Shown: positions 42,019-52,507, counted from the stretch's first letter. The stretch is 64,000 nt of DNA from an uncultured Chloroflexia bacterium (GCA_963813535.1 CAWEZH010000002.1:800001-864000); one strand, 5' to 3'. The notes: generated by a model from the sequence alone, not told the origin. Made by a program: numbers and translations.

Positions 42019-43821
42019 TCAGCGACCGACGAGCGTGATGCCCACCATCCGGTGGTAGTGCGAGACGAACGTGTCGCGGTGCACGACGCGCCCGGAGCCG
42101 TCGCGCACGGTCCGCGTCACCGACACGTCCTTGCCGTCGACCGGGTATTCGATCCGCTTGCGCTCGCCGGGTCGCAGCGATGATGTGTACTGGACGGTGT
42201 CGTAGCCGCCCACCACGTTCGACACCGACGGCCGCGACCAGGTCGTCGTCCGCCCGTTGGGGACGCTCCAGATCTCGAAGCGGACGACGCCCGGCGAGGC
42301 CACCGACTTGATCATCACCGGATGCTTCGTGTCGTTCCTGAAACGCATCGTCTGCGAGTCGGAGACCGTGGCGTCGAGGCCGAGCGGGTAGCGGGTGATG
42401 TAGTACCAGTGCGGTTGCCGGGCGACGACCTGGAGGCCGCCTCGCGCCGCGGCGTTGAACAGCGTCGTCGACGCCGCGCAGATCCCACCGGCCAGCGCGC
42501 GGCCCTCGACCGAATGGCCGCCGACGATCGCCCCGCCCAGCCGGTAGCCGGTGCGGAAACTGACCTCGCCGAGGGCTCGCCAGAAGTCGAACGTCTCACC
42601 GGGCCGGACGACGACACCGTCGAGCCGACGCGCCGGGATCGTGATGTTCGCCGCGAAGCCGTTGTGGGCACTGACCTGGTAGTACGTCGTCCATGACCCG
42701 ACGCGCTCGACGAGCGGCGCCTTCCTGGTCGCCTCGCCGGTCGTCAGGTCGGGTCCGACCGCCTTGGTCGCCACGCTCACCTTGGCGGGCGTCGAGGCGC
42801 CCGTCGCACGCCCGTCGAGGATGCTGACGATGCTGTCGACCGTGGCCTCGACGTCGAGCGCGCGACCCGCGGATGAAGGACTGACCCCGAAGATCCGCCC
42901 GCCACGGTCGCGCAGGAAGGTGGCGTTGGTCGGCTTGATCGCGACGTGCTTCTTGATGTTCCTGAGGATCGACGGGACCTTGCCCGTGTCGAGGACCGGC
43001 GCGAAATCAGCGCCGCTCCCCTCGAAATGCATCCAGCGCGTGATGACATTCGTGCCGATCGTCCAGCTCCGGGACTTCGTCTTGAGGTGGATCGGTGCGG
43101 ACAGGCGCTCGGCAAGGCCGACCGCCCGCACGACATCCGTGTCGGAGGTGGCGGGCAGGATCGCGACCGAGTCGGCCTCGTAGCGGATGACCGACGGGGT
43201 GGCCGGGTCGCGCAATGCCGTGTCGATCAGGGAAAACACCCGGGTGGTGTCGACGCCGACGCCCTCGTGCGCGGGCATCGTGACCAGCTGTCCGTGGCTA
43301 ACCCGGACCGTGGCATCCGTCGCGGGCCGGCGCCCGAGCATCTCGAACTCCGCGAGCTTCGCCGCGAGCGCCGGGCGCGAGAAGCCGATCCGGATCGGCA
43401 GCGACGCGGGGCGGAGCAGACCCTGGATGCCGGTGAGGGCGACGTCGAACGTCGTCCCGTCGCGACCGTGTGTGAGCGCGTCGGTCAACATGCCGTCCGC
43501 ATCGATGACCCGGCGCACCTCGGCGTAGCGGATGACATCCGTCGTCTTGCTCGACACGAGCTCGATCTGGCCGTCCTCGAGCGCGCCGAGCGAGGTCTCG
43601 ATCGCCGATCGTGCCTCGGCCTCGGTCATGCCGCCGACCGCCACGCCCCCGACGACCACGCCGGGCAGCACCCGACCGCTGTACGACTGTGTGAAGGCGA
43701 CCAGCCCGCCCAACGCGAGTGCGACCGCGAACAGCGCGACGAGCGTGACGCGGCGGATGACACGTCCAGGGCTGCGCTCCAGGACGCGTGGTGTCGTCGC
43801 GACGGGCTGTGTGGCGGCCAT
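42019..43821 (-). CDS. VanW/YoaR-family protein with peptidoglycan-binding domains
   Basis: TM helix, PGV.VGGV.VGGMT..EA, NI...RLDG.VV.PGETF.F, GGIC..STTLFNA, HWYYI.RYPLGLDATV. Confidence 0.88.
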   Translation of the reverse strand: MAATQPVATTPRVLERSPGRVIRRVTLVALFAVALALGGLVAFTQSYSGRVLPGVVVGGVAVGGMTEAEARSAIETSLGALEDGQIELVSSKTTDVIRYAEVRRVIDADGMLTDALTHGRDGTTFDVALTGIQGLLRPASLPIRIGFSRPALAAKLAEFEMLGRRPATDATVRVSHGQLVTMPAHEGVGVDTTRVFSLIDTALRDPATPSVIRYEADSVAILPATSDTDVVRAVGLAERLSAPIHLKTKSRSWTIGTNVITRWMHFEGSGADFAPVLDTGKVPSILRNIKKHVAIKPTNATFLRDRGGRIFGVSPSSAGRALDVEATVDSIVSILDGRATGASTPAKVSVATKAVGPDLTTGEATRKAPLVERVGSWTTYYQVSAHNGFAANITIPARRLDGVVVRPGETFDFWRALGEVSFRTGYRLGGAIVGGHSVEGRALAGGICAASTTLFNAAARGGLQVVARQPHWYYITRYPLGLDATVSDSQTMRFRNDTKHPVMIKSVASPGVVRFEIWSVPNGRTTTWSRPSVSNVVGGYDTVQYTSSLRPGERKRIEYPVDGKDVSVTRTVRDGSGRVVHRDTFVSHYHRMVGITLVGR

Positions 43822-43948
43822 TCCGTTGATCACCCCGAGCGGACGTCGGGCTGACCCCGTCGTCGAGGCAGGGAGACTACGACACCACCGTCACGGTGGG
43901 AAGGGGGTCGTCTGGGCTAGTCGGGTCCGGTCCCTCGAGCTCCGCTGC

Positions 43949-44848
43949 CTACTGCGCGAAGGTGTCGCAGTCGTCCGAATTGCCACTCCGGTAGCCCGTG
44001 GTGAACCAGGTGACCCGCTGCTCGGCCGAGCCGTGGGTCCAGCTCTCCGGGTTGATCCGGCCGCTCGTCGACTGCTGGATGCGATCGTCGCCGACGGCCG
44101 ACGCCGCGCTGAGGGCCTCGTCGATGTCGCCTGGCTGGAGGTCGCTCGACGCCGAGTTCGCCCACACGCCCGCCAGGCAGTCGGCCTGCAGCTCCTGGCG
44201 CACCGACAGCGAGTTCCGCTGGCCCGGGTCCTGCGCCGACACCTGCTGGACCTGCTCCGAGATGCCGAGGACCGTCTGGATGTGGTGACCGAACTCGTGG
44301 GCCACGACATAGGCCATCGCGAAGTCGCCGCCCTGGGCGCCGAAGCGGGACTGCAGCTCGTCGAAGAAGCCGAGATCGAGGTAGACCTTCTTGTCGGCGG
44401 GGCAGTAGAACGGGCCGGTCGCGGCGGATGCCGGTCCGCAGGCGGACTGCGTGGCGCCGTCGAACAGGACGAGCTTGGTCTCCGGATAGTCCCGACCGGC
44501 CGCGCTGAACGTCGACGCCCAGAACGTCTGGATGCTGTCGACGGTGTAGGACAGCTGCTCATCGGTCTCGCTCTGGGGGTTCAGCGTGCCGCCCGGCTCG
44601 ACGGCGCCACCACCGGTGGTCAGGCCGCCCAGACCCGGGATCGAGCCACTCCCGCCGAGCACACCGCTGAACAGCAGGAACAGGACGACCAGCACGATGA
44701 TCCCGCCGAGCCCACCGCCGGCCTTGCCGCCGGGGATCGGGATGGGGATGCCCATGCCGCCGCCCCCACCGGGCAGACCGACGCCCCCGCCGCCCTGCCC
44801 GCGGCGGTCCTCGATCTGGTCGAACCCGGTGTTGCGCTTCCATTTCAT
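43949..44848 (-). CDS. YpfJ-like neutral zinc metallopeptidase
   Basis: IEDRRG, GPFYCP.D, AHEFGHHIQ, ELQADC.AG, GDD.IQ, PESWTHGS. Confidence 0.9.
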   Translation of the reverse strand: MKWKRNTGFDQIEDRRGQGGGGVGLPGGGGGMGIPIPIPGGKAGGGLGGIIVLVVLFLLFSGVLGGSGSIPGLGGLTTGGGAVEPGGTLNPQSETDEQLSYTVDSIQTFWASTFSAAGRDYPETKLVLFDGATQSACGPASAATGPFYCPADKKVYLDLGFFDELQSRFGAQGGDFAMAYVVAHEFGHHIQTVLGISEQVQQVSAQDPGQRNSLSVRQELQADCLAGVWANSASSDLQPGDIDEALSAASAVGDDRIQQSTSGRINPESWTHGSAEQRVTWFTTGYRSGNSDDCDTFAQ

Positions 44849-44955
44849 GGTGAGGATCGCCTCGCTTCGTGTGCGCGGCAGCATACGGCGAGACGTAGGA
44901 GCCAGACGTCGCGGCGAGGGTCAGACGCCTTGCAGACGCATCGTCGGACGAAGCG

Positions 44956-45471
44956 TCAGACGACCTCGTCCAGACGCCCGGTCGACACATCGAACACGAG
45001 ACCGTGGATCGGCACGCGCCGCAGATAGGGGTGCTCGCGGAGGATCGCGACCTGGCGGCGGACGTTCGCCTCGAGGTCGGCGAAGCCACCGAACGCCACG
45101 CCGACCTCCTGCGCCGGCAGACCGCTGTGCGACGCGACCCGGGAGCGGAGCTCCTCCTCGTCGACGCCATGCAGGCCGCAGTGCGTGTGCTCGATCAGCA
45201 CGATCTCCTCGGTGCCGAGCAGATCCATGCTCACGACCAAGGAGCGGATGACGTCGTCGGTCACGAGGCCGCCGGCGTTCCGGATGATGTGTGCGTCGCC
45301 GGTGTGCAGGCCGAGCGTCTCCTCGACGTCGAGGCGAGCGTCCATGCAGGCGATCACCGCCAGCTTCGAGAGCGGCATCGCGGTCAGCGCCGACCGGTCG
45401 AACGACTCCGTGTAGCGGCGGTTCTCGGCGAGCAGGCGCGCGTATTCGGCACTGCGATCCGCGTCGGTCAT
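44956..45471 (-). CDS. Beta-class carbonic anhydrase
   Basis: CMDAR, IRNAGG, H..CG zinc ligands. Confidence 0.92.
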   Translation of the reverse strand: MTDADRSAEYARLLAENRRYTESFDRSALTAMPLSKLAVIACMDARLDVEETLGLHTGDAHIIRNAGGLVTDDVIRSLVVSMDLLGTEEIVLIEHTHCGLHGVDEEELRSRVASHSGLPAQEVGVAFGGFADLEANVRRQVAILREHPYLRRVPIHGLVFDVSTGRLDEVV

Positions 45472-45484
45472 CGCACGCGTTCTG

Positions 45485-47498
45485 CTAGGTCGTCCGATCC
45501 TGACCGTACATCTCGAGGAGCTCGCCGATCGTCAGCTGACCGTACTGGGCGTCGAGACCGTCGCGCGCGATGCGCCACATCGTCCGCAGCGGTCGTGGCC
45601 CCGACCGGTCCAGCTCCGCCAGACGGACGGCCCCGAAGCGCTCGATGCCCGGGACCGCCCGCAGGTCCGTGGCCAGCCGCCGCGCGGCGTCGTCGACGGT
45701 CGTCTCGCGAGTGATCCCGGCCGAAGCGGGAACCGCCGGCGAGGTCGTCCTGGCCGGTCGGGCCGGGCCCGCCGCCGTGTCGGTCCGTGGAGGCGAAGCC
45801 GTCGCCGAGGCGGCACGGATCGCCTCGTCCGCCTGTTCCAGCGCCTCATCGATCTGTTCGCGGCTCTCGAACCGGGGCGCGGCGCCCGGCGTCGTCAGGT
45901 CGACGGTCGCTGGGGGCGTGCCGCGCGACGTGGCGCCGGCGGGCCGGCGCTGCACGGGCGGCGTCGGCTCGGCGGCGGACGCGGTCGTTCCCGTGGTTGC
46001 GCTCGCCTGTGCGGAGCTCGGTGCGGGCCCGGTCTGACGGCCACCGCCCCGAGAGCCGGTCGGACGCGTGCGTCCACCCGACCCGCCCGAACCCGAGTCG
46101 GAGGCTCCGCCACCTCCCGTGGCGCCACCCATCGCCTGGCTGAGCATGGCCGGGATGTCGATCCCGGTCAGGCCCTTCACGGTCGTTCCGGCCTCGGTCA
46201 CCGTCCGGGTCACGTTGCGGACGACGTCGGATGCGCCCTCGTTCGACAGGACGGTCAGGTTGTCGATGTTGCCCATGGGCTCGGCTGCGGCACGGACGAT
46301 CTCCGGCAGCTGCGACAGCACGGTCTGGATGATCGCCGCCTCGTTGAACTGGCGGTAGGCGTCGGCCCGGAGCGCAAGCGCCTTCGCCTCCGCTTCGCCC
46401 TTCGACAGGACGATACCCGCCTCCGCATTGCCCTCGAGCGTGGTCTGCTTGGCCGTCGCCTCGGCGGTGACCTCGACCACGCGGGCCTGCGCCTCGCCGG
46501 CAAGCTTTACTCGCTCGGCGTCGGCCTGGGCGGCCGCGATCCGAGCCTGCTTGTCACCCTCGGCGCGCCGGATCTGCGCCTCGGCCTCGGCCTCGGCCGG
46601 ACGGACCGTGCTGGTGAGCAGCTCCTTCTGCGTGCGCGCCGCCTCGAGCTCGGCGAGCTCGGTCTGCTTGCGGGTCACTTCCTGGGTCGCCTCGGCCTCG
46701 GCGAGCGGGCCGGCCTGCGCGGCACGGGCGTTGGCGGCCGCGGTCTGCGTCTCGGTCTCGGCTCGGCGGAGGGATACGTCCCGCGCGGCGTTGATCTTGA
46801 TCTGCTCGGCCTCGGCCTCGCGGACGGCGGCCTCCTGATCGGCGGCGGCCTTGGCCATGCGCGCGTCGCGCTCGCGGCGGGCGGTCTCCTGCTGGCCGAT
46901 CAGCTCCATGTAGCCGGACTCGTCACGGATGGCCTGGATCGTGAACGAATTCGATCTGGAGGCCCGACGTCGCGAGGTCGCCCTTGGCGGCGTCCTGCAC
47001 GGCCTGCTGGAACTTCTGCCGGTCGAGGTTGAGCTCCTCCACGGTCAGCGTGCCGACGATCGATCGCAGCGAGCCCTCGAGCACGTTCTTGACGATCGAG
47101 TCGACTTGCTCCTCCTGCGCGTCGAGGAAGCGCTCGGCGGCGTTGCGGATCGATTCGTCGTCGGCGCCGATCTTGAAGGTCGCGACGCCCTGGACCGCCA
47201 CCTTGATGCCTTGCCGGCTGACGGCATCGGCGAGGTTCACGTTGATCTGGCGGGCGGTCAGCTTGAGCTTGCCCACCTTGTGGATGAGGGGCAGCACGAT
47301 GACACCGCCGCCGCGCACGACCTTCAGGTTGCGTCGCCCGTCGGGACCGCGGTCGCGCTGCCCCGACACGATGAGTGCCTCGTTGGCGCCGGCGACCTTA
47401 TATCGACTGCCGATGTACGAGACGATCAGGACCGCGACGATGATGATCAGGAAGATCGGGATCACGCCGGTCCCGATGAAGCTAATGATCTGATCCAT
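45485..47498 (-). pseudogene. Flotillin/SPFH protein (FloT-like) split by a one-base insertion near 46950 (real or sequencing error)
   Basis: N-terminal ORF has EALIVSG, VLEGSLRSIVG (SPFH). Removing one base at GAATTC 46947-46952 restores LQI(D/E)SFTIQAIRDESGYMELIG and fuses it to the AEA-rich flotillin coiled coil. Confidence 0.85.
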
Positions 47499-47504
47499 CG
47501 CCGC

Positions 47505-48044
47505 TCACTCCTTGCTTGCCGTCACGCCCGCGGGCGACATTGGTTCGACGATGAGCCCGGAGCCGGCGACACCACTCACCCGAGCGACCGTGCCGACGCC
47601 GATGTCCACCGATGCTGTCGCGCTGAACTCGTGGGTCTGGCCCTCCGCCTTGACCAGCACGCTGCCGTAGCGGCCGGCCGGGATCGACACCTGGACGTAC
47701 GCGTCCCGACCGACGAGGTCGGCGGTCGAGAAGGGCGCTTCTGCCTCGGCTCGCCGCAGCGTGCTGAAGATCAGGTAGGCGATCGCGAGACCCGCCAGGC
47801 CGAAGCCGAGACCCCAGATCGCCGCCTGGCCGCCATGCACGTCGAGGACCTGCGTCGCGAACAGGCCGCCAACGCCGAACATCGAGACGAACGACAGTAG
47901 CAACGGCATGAGCGAGACGCCGCCGACATCGAAGTCGAAGGCGGCGCCGAGGATGTCGTCGACGAGGACCGTGATCAGCAGCAGCCCGCCGCCGATCAGC
48001 GCGCAGACGACGAAGATGAAGTCCTCGACCGGGATGCCGATCAT
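47505..48044 (-). CDS. NfeD-like membrane protein
   Basis: TM helices plus DLVG..A.V...IP...G.V OB fold; directly upstream of flotillin. Confidence 0.85.
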   Translation of the reverse strand: MIGIPVEDFIFVVCALIGGGLLLITVLVDDILGAAFDFDVGGVSLMPLLLSFVSMFGVGGLFATQVLDVHGGQAAIWGLGFGLAGLAIAYLIFSTLRRAEAEAPFSTADLVGRDAYVQVSIPAGRYGSVLVKAEGQTHEFSATASVDIGVGTVARVSGVAGSGLIVEPMSPAGVTASKE

Positions 48045-48156
48045 CTGGGCTCGGGGGCCTCCCCTCCTCCGCCGCGAACGCGTCGGGAGGACAGGATAGC
48101 GACTGGCGCGCCGGTGGCGAGGGGGTTCCGGCCGCGGCGGGACTCCGGTTCGGGCC

Positions 48157-48654
48157 CTAGCCGGACGGCCCGAACAGGACCGTCAGCCAGCGTTCCAGCG
48201 GCGCGACGTTCTCGCTCTCGGCGCCCAGGCGGACGGCGGCCGAACCTGGGGCGTCGACGGCGAGTGGCGGTGCGTCGGGCGCGAGCGTGAACGAGATCTC
48301 GTCCGCGCCACCGACACCGTGGCCCCGGGCCTGCTGTTCGACGAACCGCTGCCGGCCGATCGCTTCGAGCTCGCGCTCCATGGCGGCGACCTCGAGACGG
48401 AGCGTGGCGTTGCCCGTCGCGATGTCCCCTGCTCTGGTCGACGCGTCGGACGCCTCGGCCACCTGGCGGGCGAAGGCGATGACGATCCACGCGGCAAGCA
48501 TCGCGCTGGCGATCATCGCCATGCGACGACGGGTCAGCCCGACGATCGGCAGGGCGGTGAGGTCGACCGCGGGTCGCCCGGTGCCCGCGGCGACGGCGGG
48601 GTCGAGGTCGTCGGCGGCGTCGTCGAGCGGCTCGTGGTCGATCGGGCGCGACAT
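48157..48654 (-). CDS. Septum formation initiator (FtsB/DivIC-like)
   Basis: Single TM helix, coiled coil N..L..EV..LE, FVEQQAR..G...EI.F. Confidence 0.65.
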   Translation of the reverse strand: MSRPIDHEPLDDAADDLDPAVAAGTGRPAVDLTALPIVGLTRRRMAMIASAMLAAWIVIAFARQVAEASDASTRAGDIATGNATLRLEVAAMERELEAIGRQRFVEQQARGHGVGGADEISFTLAPDAPPLAVDAPGSAAVRLGAESENVAPLERWLTVLFGPSG

Positions 48655-48661
48655 CGGCGGG

Positions 48662-48690
48662 AGCGTAGCTACGCCTAGCTGCGGTGTCAA
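48662..48690 (-). promoter_or_regulatory. Sigma70-type promoter, leaderless
   Basis: TTGACA (48690-48685), 17 nt, TACGCT (48667-48662), 7 nt, ATG 48654. Confidence 0.8.
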
Positions 48691-48715
48691 CCGGGATGGG
48701 CGTGACAGACAACCT

Positions 48716-48733
48716 GTCAACCGTGCGGTTGAC
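48716..48733. promoter_or_regulatory. Palindromic operator candidate
   Basis: GTCAACCG-TG-CGGTTGAC perfect inverted repeat; an extra half-site TGTCAACCG lies 30 bp upstream over the -35 box. Confidence 0.5.
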
Positions 48734-48757
48734 GCTCCGTCTAGACTGCCTCCATTC

Positions 48758-48771
48758 CGAACAGGTGTTCT
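48758..48771. promoter_or_regulatory. LexA (SOS) box, Gram-positive/Chloroflexi type
   Basis: CGAAC-AGGT-GTTCT, 20 bp upstream of the mrfA ATG. Confidence 0.75.
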
Positions 48772-48791
48772 GAAAGCGGAGTTGCTCGCCG

Positions 48792-51095
48792 ATGCGAACG
48801 TATGCCCCCGCCGACCCCTCGACCGTCCTCGACCGCCTCCTCGAGGAGCCGTCACTCGTGCGTGGCGTCGTCCACCATGAGGTCATCCCGGCGCGCGAGG
48901 CGACCTTCGCCGACATGCCCGGATGGTTGGACCCGCGCATCGTCGCCGGACTCGCCAGCCGCGGGATCGAGCGGCTGTACACCCATCAGGCCGAAGCCAT
49001 CGAATCCATCCACGCCGGTCAGGATGTCGTCGTCGTCACGCCGACGGCCTCGGGCAAGACGCTGTGCTATGCCCTCCCCGCGCTGCAGGCGATCGCCGAC
49101 GACCCGGCTGCTCGCGCCTTGTTCCTCTTCCCCACCAAGGCGCTCGGCCAGGACCAGGTGACGGAGTTCGGCGAGCTCGCCGCATCGGCCGACCTGTCGA
49201 TCATCACCTCGACGTATGACGGGGACACGCCCGCGCCGATCCGCTCGACCGTCCGGGCAGCCGGACAGGTGGTCGTGACCAACCCGGACATGCTCCACTC
49301 GGCGATCCTGCCCCACCACACGAAGTGGTTCCAGCTGTTCGAGCAGCTCCAGCTCATCGTCGTCGACGAGCTGCACACCTATCGCGGCGTGTTCGGTAGT
49401 CACGTCGCCAACGTGCTGCGGCGGCTTATGCGCATCTGCGCGCACTACGGCTCCAAGCCGGTGATCGTGTGCTGCTCGGCGACGATCGGCAACCCAGCCG
49501 AGCTGGCGGCGATGCTGACCGGCCGTCCGGCACGTCTCGTCGACCGGAACGGCGCCCCGGCCGGCCAGCGACACGTCCTGCTGGTCGACCCACCGGTGAT
49601 GGAACCGGCCAGCGGCGCGCGAAGCTCGGCGGCCACCCTGGCCCAGCGCTGGGCGCTGCCGTTCCTGCGCGCCGGGCGCCAGACCATCGTCTTCGGGCGG
49701 TCCCGCGTCGCGGTCGAGATCCTGCTGACCGGGCTGCGCGAGGCGCTCCGCGAGAGCTACGGGCCACGCAGTCGCGTCCGCGGCTACCGCGGCGGCTACC
49801 TGCCGACGGAACGCCGCTCGATCGAACGCGGGCTGCGCGACGGCGAGATCCTCGGCGTCGTCTCGACCAACGCCCTCGAGCTCGGCGTCGACATCGGTCG
49901 CCTCGACGTGGCGATCCTCGCGGGCTACCCGGGCTCGGTCGCCGCGACCTGGCAGCAGTTCGGTCGCGCCGGCCGGCGGCAAGGCACCAGCGTCGCGATC
50001 CTTGTCGCCTCGGGCGCGCCCGTCGACCAGTACGTCATCCATCACCCCGAGTTCCTCCTGGACAACACGCCGGAGGAGGCGCGTCTCGATCCGGACAACC
50101 TCCACGTCCTGCTCGCCCACCTGCGCGCTGCGACGTTCGAGCTGCCGTTCGAGCCGGGCGAGGTCTTCGGTCCCTCGCCGGCCGACGATCTCCTCGCGTT
50201 CCTCGGCGAGGAGCGCCAGGTCCGCCAGGCCGCCGACGGCCGCTGGTACTGGTCGAGCGAGAACTTCCCCGCCTCGGAGATCTCGTTGCGGACTGCGGCG
50301 CCCGAGAACGTCGTGATCATCGATACGACCCCGGACCGCCCGCGCGTCCTGGGCGAGGTCGACCTGTTCAGCGCCCAGGTGCTCGTCCACGAGCGGGCCA
50401 TCTATATCCACGAGTCAGTCCAGTACTACGTTGACCGCCTCGAATGGCACGAGCGCAAGGCCTACGTCCACAAGATCGACGCCGACCACTACACGTACGC
50501 CAATCGCGCCGTGACGCTGAAGCCGCTCGAGGTGTTCGCGGAGGAGCCGGCCACCGGCGGCCACCGCAAGCACGGCGAAGTGATGGTCGCGAGCCTCGTG
50601 ACCCTCTTCAAGAAGCTCAAGTTCGTGACCGACGAGAACGTCGGCTGGGGGCCGATCGACCTGCCCGAGCTCGAGCTCCAGACGACGGCCTACTGGCTGA
50701 CCGCGGACCGGGCGCGGGATCACTGGCGGCGTGACGACCTCGATATCGCGCTGCTCGGCGCGGGCCGTGCGATCCAGACGATCGCATCGGTGCTGCTGAT
50801 GGTCGACCCGCGGGACCTCGGCCTCGTCACGCAGGTCCGCTCGCCACATGCCGAGGAACCGACGATCTACCTCTATGAGGCGGTCCCCGGCGGGATCGGT
50901 CTGTCGGAGCGGCTGTGGCAGCGCCACGACGAGCTGCTGGCCGGAGCGGCCGACCTCATCGCCGCGTGCGACTGCGACGGCGGCTGCCCGTCGTGTACGG
51001 GGCCGCGGCTCGAGCCGAACGTCGATGCGCGCCGCCTCGCCTTGCGACTCCTGTCGGAGCTCGGGGCGGGCGCCCGGCTCGCGGCAGCGGGATGA
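48792..51095 (+). CDS. mrfA: DEAD/DEAH helicase with DUF1998 Zn domain (MrfA/YprA/Hrq1-like)
   Basis: LY.HQ, TPTASGKT, DELH, SAT, TNALELGVDIG, GRAGR, C.C..GCPSC. Confidence 0.9.
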   Translation: MRTYAPADPSTVLDRLLEEPSLVRGVVHHEVIPAREATFADMPGWLDPRIVAGLASRGIERLYTHQAEAIESIHAGQDVVVVTPTASGKTLCYALPALQAIADDPAARALFLFPTKALGQDQVTEFGELAASADLSIITSTYDGDTPAPIRSTVRAAGQVVVTNPDMLHSAILPHHTKWFQLFEQLQLIVVDELHTYRGVFGSHVANVLRRLMRICAHYGSKPVIVCCSATIGNPAELAAMLTGRPARLVDRNGAPAGQRHVLLVDPPVMEPASGARSSAATLAQRWALPFLRAGRQTIVFGRSRVAVEILLTGLREALRESYGPRSRVRGYRGGYLPTERRSIERGLRDGEILGVVSTNALELGVDIGRLDVAILAGYPGSVAATWQQFGRAGRRQGTSVAILVASGAPVDQYVIHHPEFLLDNTPEEARLDPDNLHVLLAHLRAATFELPFEPGEVFGPSPADDLLAFLGEERQVRQAADGRWYWSSENFPASEISLRTAAPENVVIIDTTPDRPRVLGEVDLFSAQVLVHERAIYIHESVQYYVDRLEWHERKAYVHKIDADHYTYANRAVTLKPLEVFAEEPATGGHRKHGEVMVASLVTLFKKLKFVTDENVGWGPIDLPELELQTTAYWLTADRARDHWRRDDLDIALLGAGRAIQTIASVLLMVDPRDLGLVTQVRSPHAEEPTIYLYEAVPGGIGLSERLWQRHDELLAGAADLIAACDCDGGCPSCTGPRLEPNVDARRLALRLLSELGAGARLAAAG

Positions 51096-52507
51096 CCACG
51101 GCGTCTGCTGCCCCATCGAGCGATCGACTCGCCCGCCGGCTTGCCCGCTTTCGTGCCGCCAACGCTGGACCCGGCACGGTCGGCGACCCGCTGCCGTATC
51201 GGCCCAGCGCGAGTCGCGACCTCGCCACCCGGCTGGCGGCAGCGGTGGGCGGCGAGGTGATCGACGGGCCGGCCGGCGTCCATGTCCGGGTCGAGGGCGA
51301 TGCGGTCGACCTGCCGGTCGACCGCCGTCGACTCGCGGCGCTCCCCGGGCAGCCGCCCCCCGACCGACCGCTCGTCTGCCTCGACACCGAGACGACGGGT
51401 CTGGCGACGGCCGCGGGGACCGTGGCCTTCCTGATCGGCCTTGGCTGGTGGACGGGTGACACGTTCCGTCAGGTCCAGCTGCTGCTGCCGGACCACGGCG
51501 AGGAGGGCGGGCTGCTCGAGGAAGTCGGCCGGCACCTTCCTCGTGATGCCTGGCTCGTGACCTACAACGGCCGCGGGTTCGACTGGCCGCTCCTCGTGAC
51601 CCGCTACCGGATGGCTCGTCGCGCCGCTCCCGAGGTCGCCGGTCACCTCGACCTGCTGCCACTCGTCCGGCGGCTCTTCCGACACCGAATGGACGATGCG
51701 CGGCTCGGGACGGTCGAGCGGATGCTGCTCGGGGTGCAGCGCCACGACGACGTCGACGGGTGGGAGATCCCGGGCCGGTACCTCGGGTTCCTGCGCGGCG
51801 GCCCTGCGCAACCGCTGGCGGCGGTCGTCCGCCACAACGACGAGGACGTTCGCTCGCTCGCGCGGCTGCTTGCCCATGTGGAGCAGCGGTTGGGGGATCC
51901 CGCCACACGGACGACCGCCCCCCGCGGCGACCTCGCCGGGCTGGCCCGGGCGTTCCGGCGCGAGCGTCGGTTCGAGGAGGCGGTCGACTGCCTCGACGCG
52001 GCGCTTGCCGCCGACCCGTCTCCGCCGACCCCGCCGTCTCCGCCATCCACGGCACGCGACGGGACCGGGGTGGCGCAGTCCTACCCTCAGGAGGAACCGT
52101 GGTGGTCGCCACGTCGACGCGCCGACTTCGGCGGCCGGCCGGAGACGCGACGATCGTCCGGTGGCTGGGATCGACGGGAGGCCTTCGCCCGTCCCTGGGA
52201 CGAGGCCCGTATCGCCGCCGACCGCGCGCACTTGCTGCGGCGACTCGGACGGATCCACGAGGCCCTCGAGGCATGGGATGCGATCGCCTGCGGCCCGGGG
52301 CGGACCGCGGTCGTCGCCACGATCGAGGCGGCCAAGCTGCGCGAACATCGCGTGGGTGACGTGATGGCCGCGATGGCCACCGTCGAGCGCGGTCTGGCCC
52401 TCGCCGACCGCCGCCGCGCGCGTGGCCTGCCCGAGCCCGCCCTCGAAGCCGACCTGCGGCACCGGTGGCGACGTCTCCGGGCGCGCCGGTCGAGGGTCGC
52501 CGCCTGA
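51092..52507 (+). CDS. mrfB: RNase H-like (DnaQ-type) exonuclease with TPR-like C terminus (MrfB/YprB)
   Basis: LDTETTGL, TYNG..FD.P, HLDLL, HN.EDV; ATGA coupling with mrfA. Confidence 0.85.
   Translation: MTTASAAPSSDRLARRLARFRAANAGPGTVGDPLPYRPSASRDLATRLAAAVGGEVIDGPAGVHVRVEGDAVDLPVDRRRLAALPGQPPPDRPLVCLDTETTGLATAAGTVAFLIGLGWWTGDTFRQVQLLLPDHGEEGGLLEEVGRHLPRDAWLVTYNGRGFDWPLLVTRYRMARRAAPEVAGHLDLLPLVRRLFRHRMDDARLGTVERMLLGVQRHDDVDGWEIPGRYLGFLRGGPAQPLAAVVRHNDEDVRSLARLLAHVEQRLGDPATRTTAPRGDLAGLARAFRRERRFEEAVDCLDAALAADPSPPTPPSPPSTARDGTGVAQSYPQEEPWWSPRRRADFGGRPETRRSSGGWDRREAFARPWDEARIAADRAHLLRRLGRIHEALEAWDAIACGPGRTAVVATIEAAKLREHRVGDVMAAMATVERGLALADRRRARGLPEPALEADLRHRWRRLRARRSRVAA

Noticed and set aside
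42019-43821. VanW as evidence of vancomycin resistance
   Set aside because: No vanHAX/vanRS genes; VanW/YoaR proteins are common stand-alone wall proteins.
48792-52507. DUF1998 helicase as a DISARM/Druantia defence system
   Set aside because: Paired with a YprB-type exonuclease and a LexA box, matching MrfAB repair; no methylase or PLD genes.
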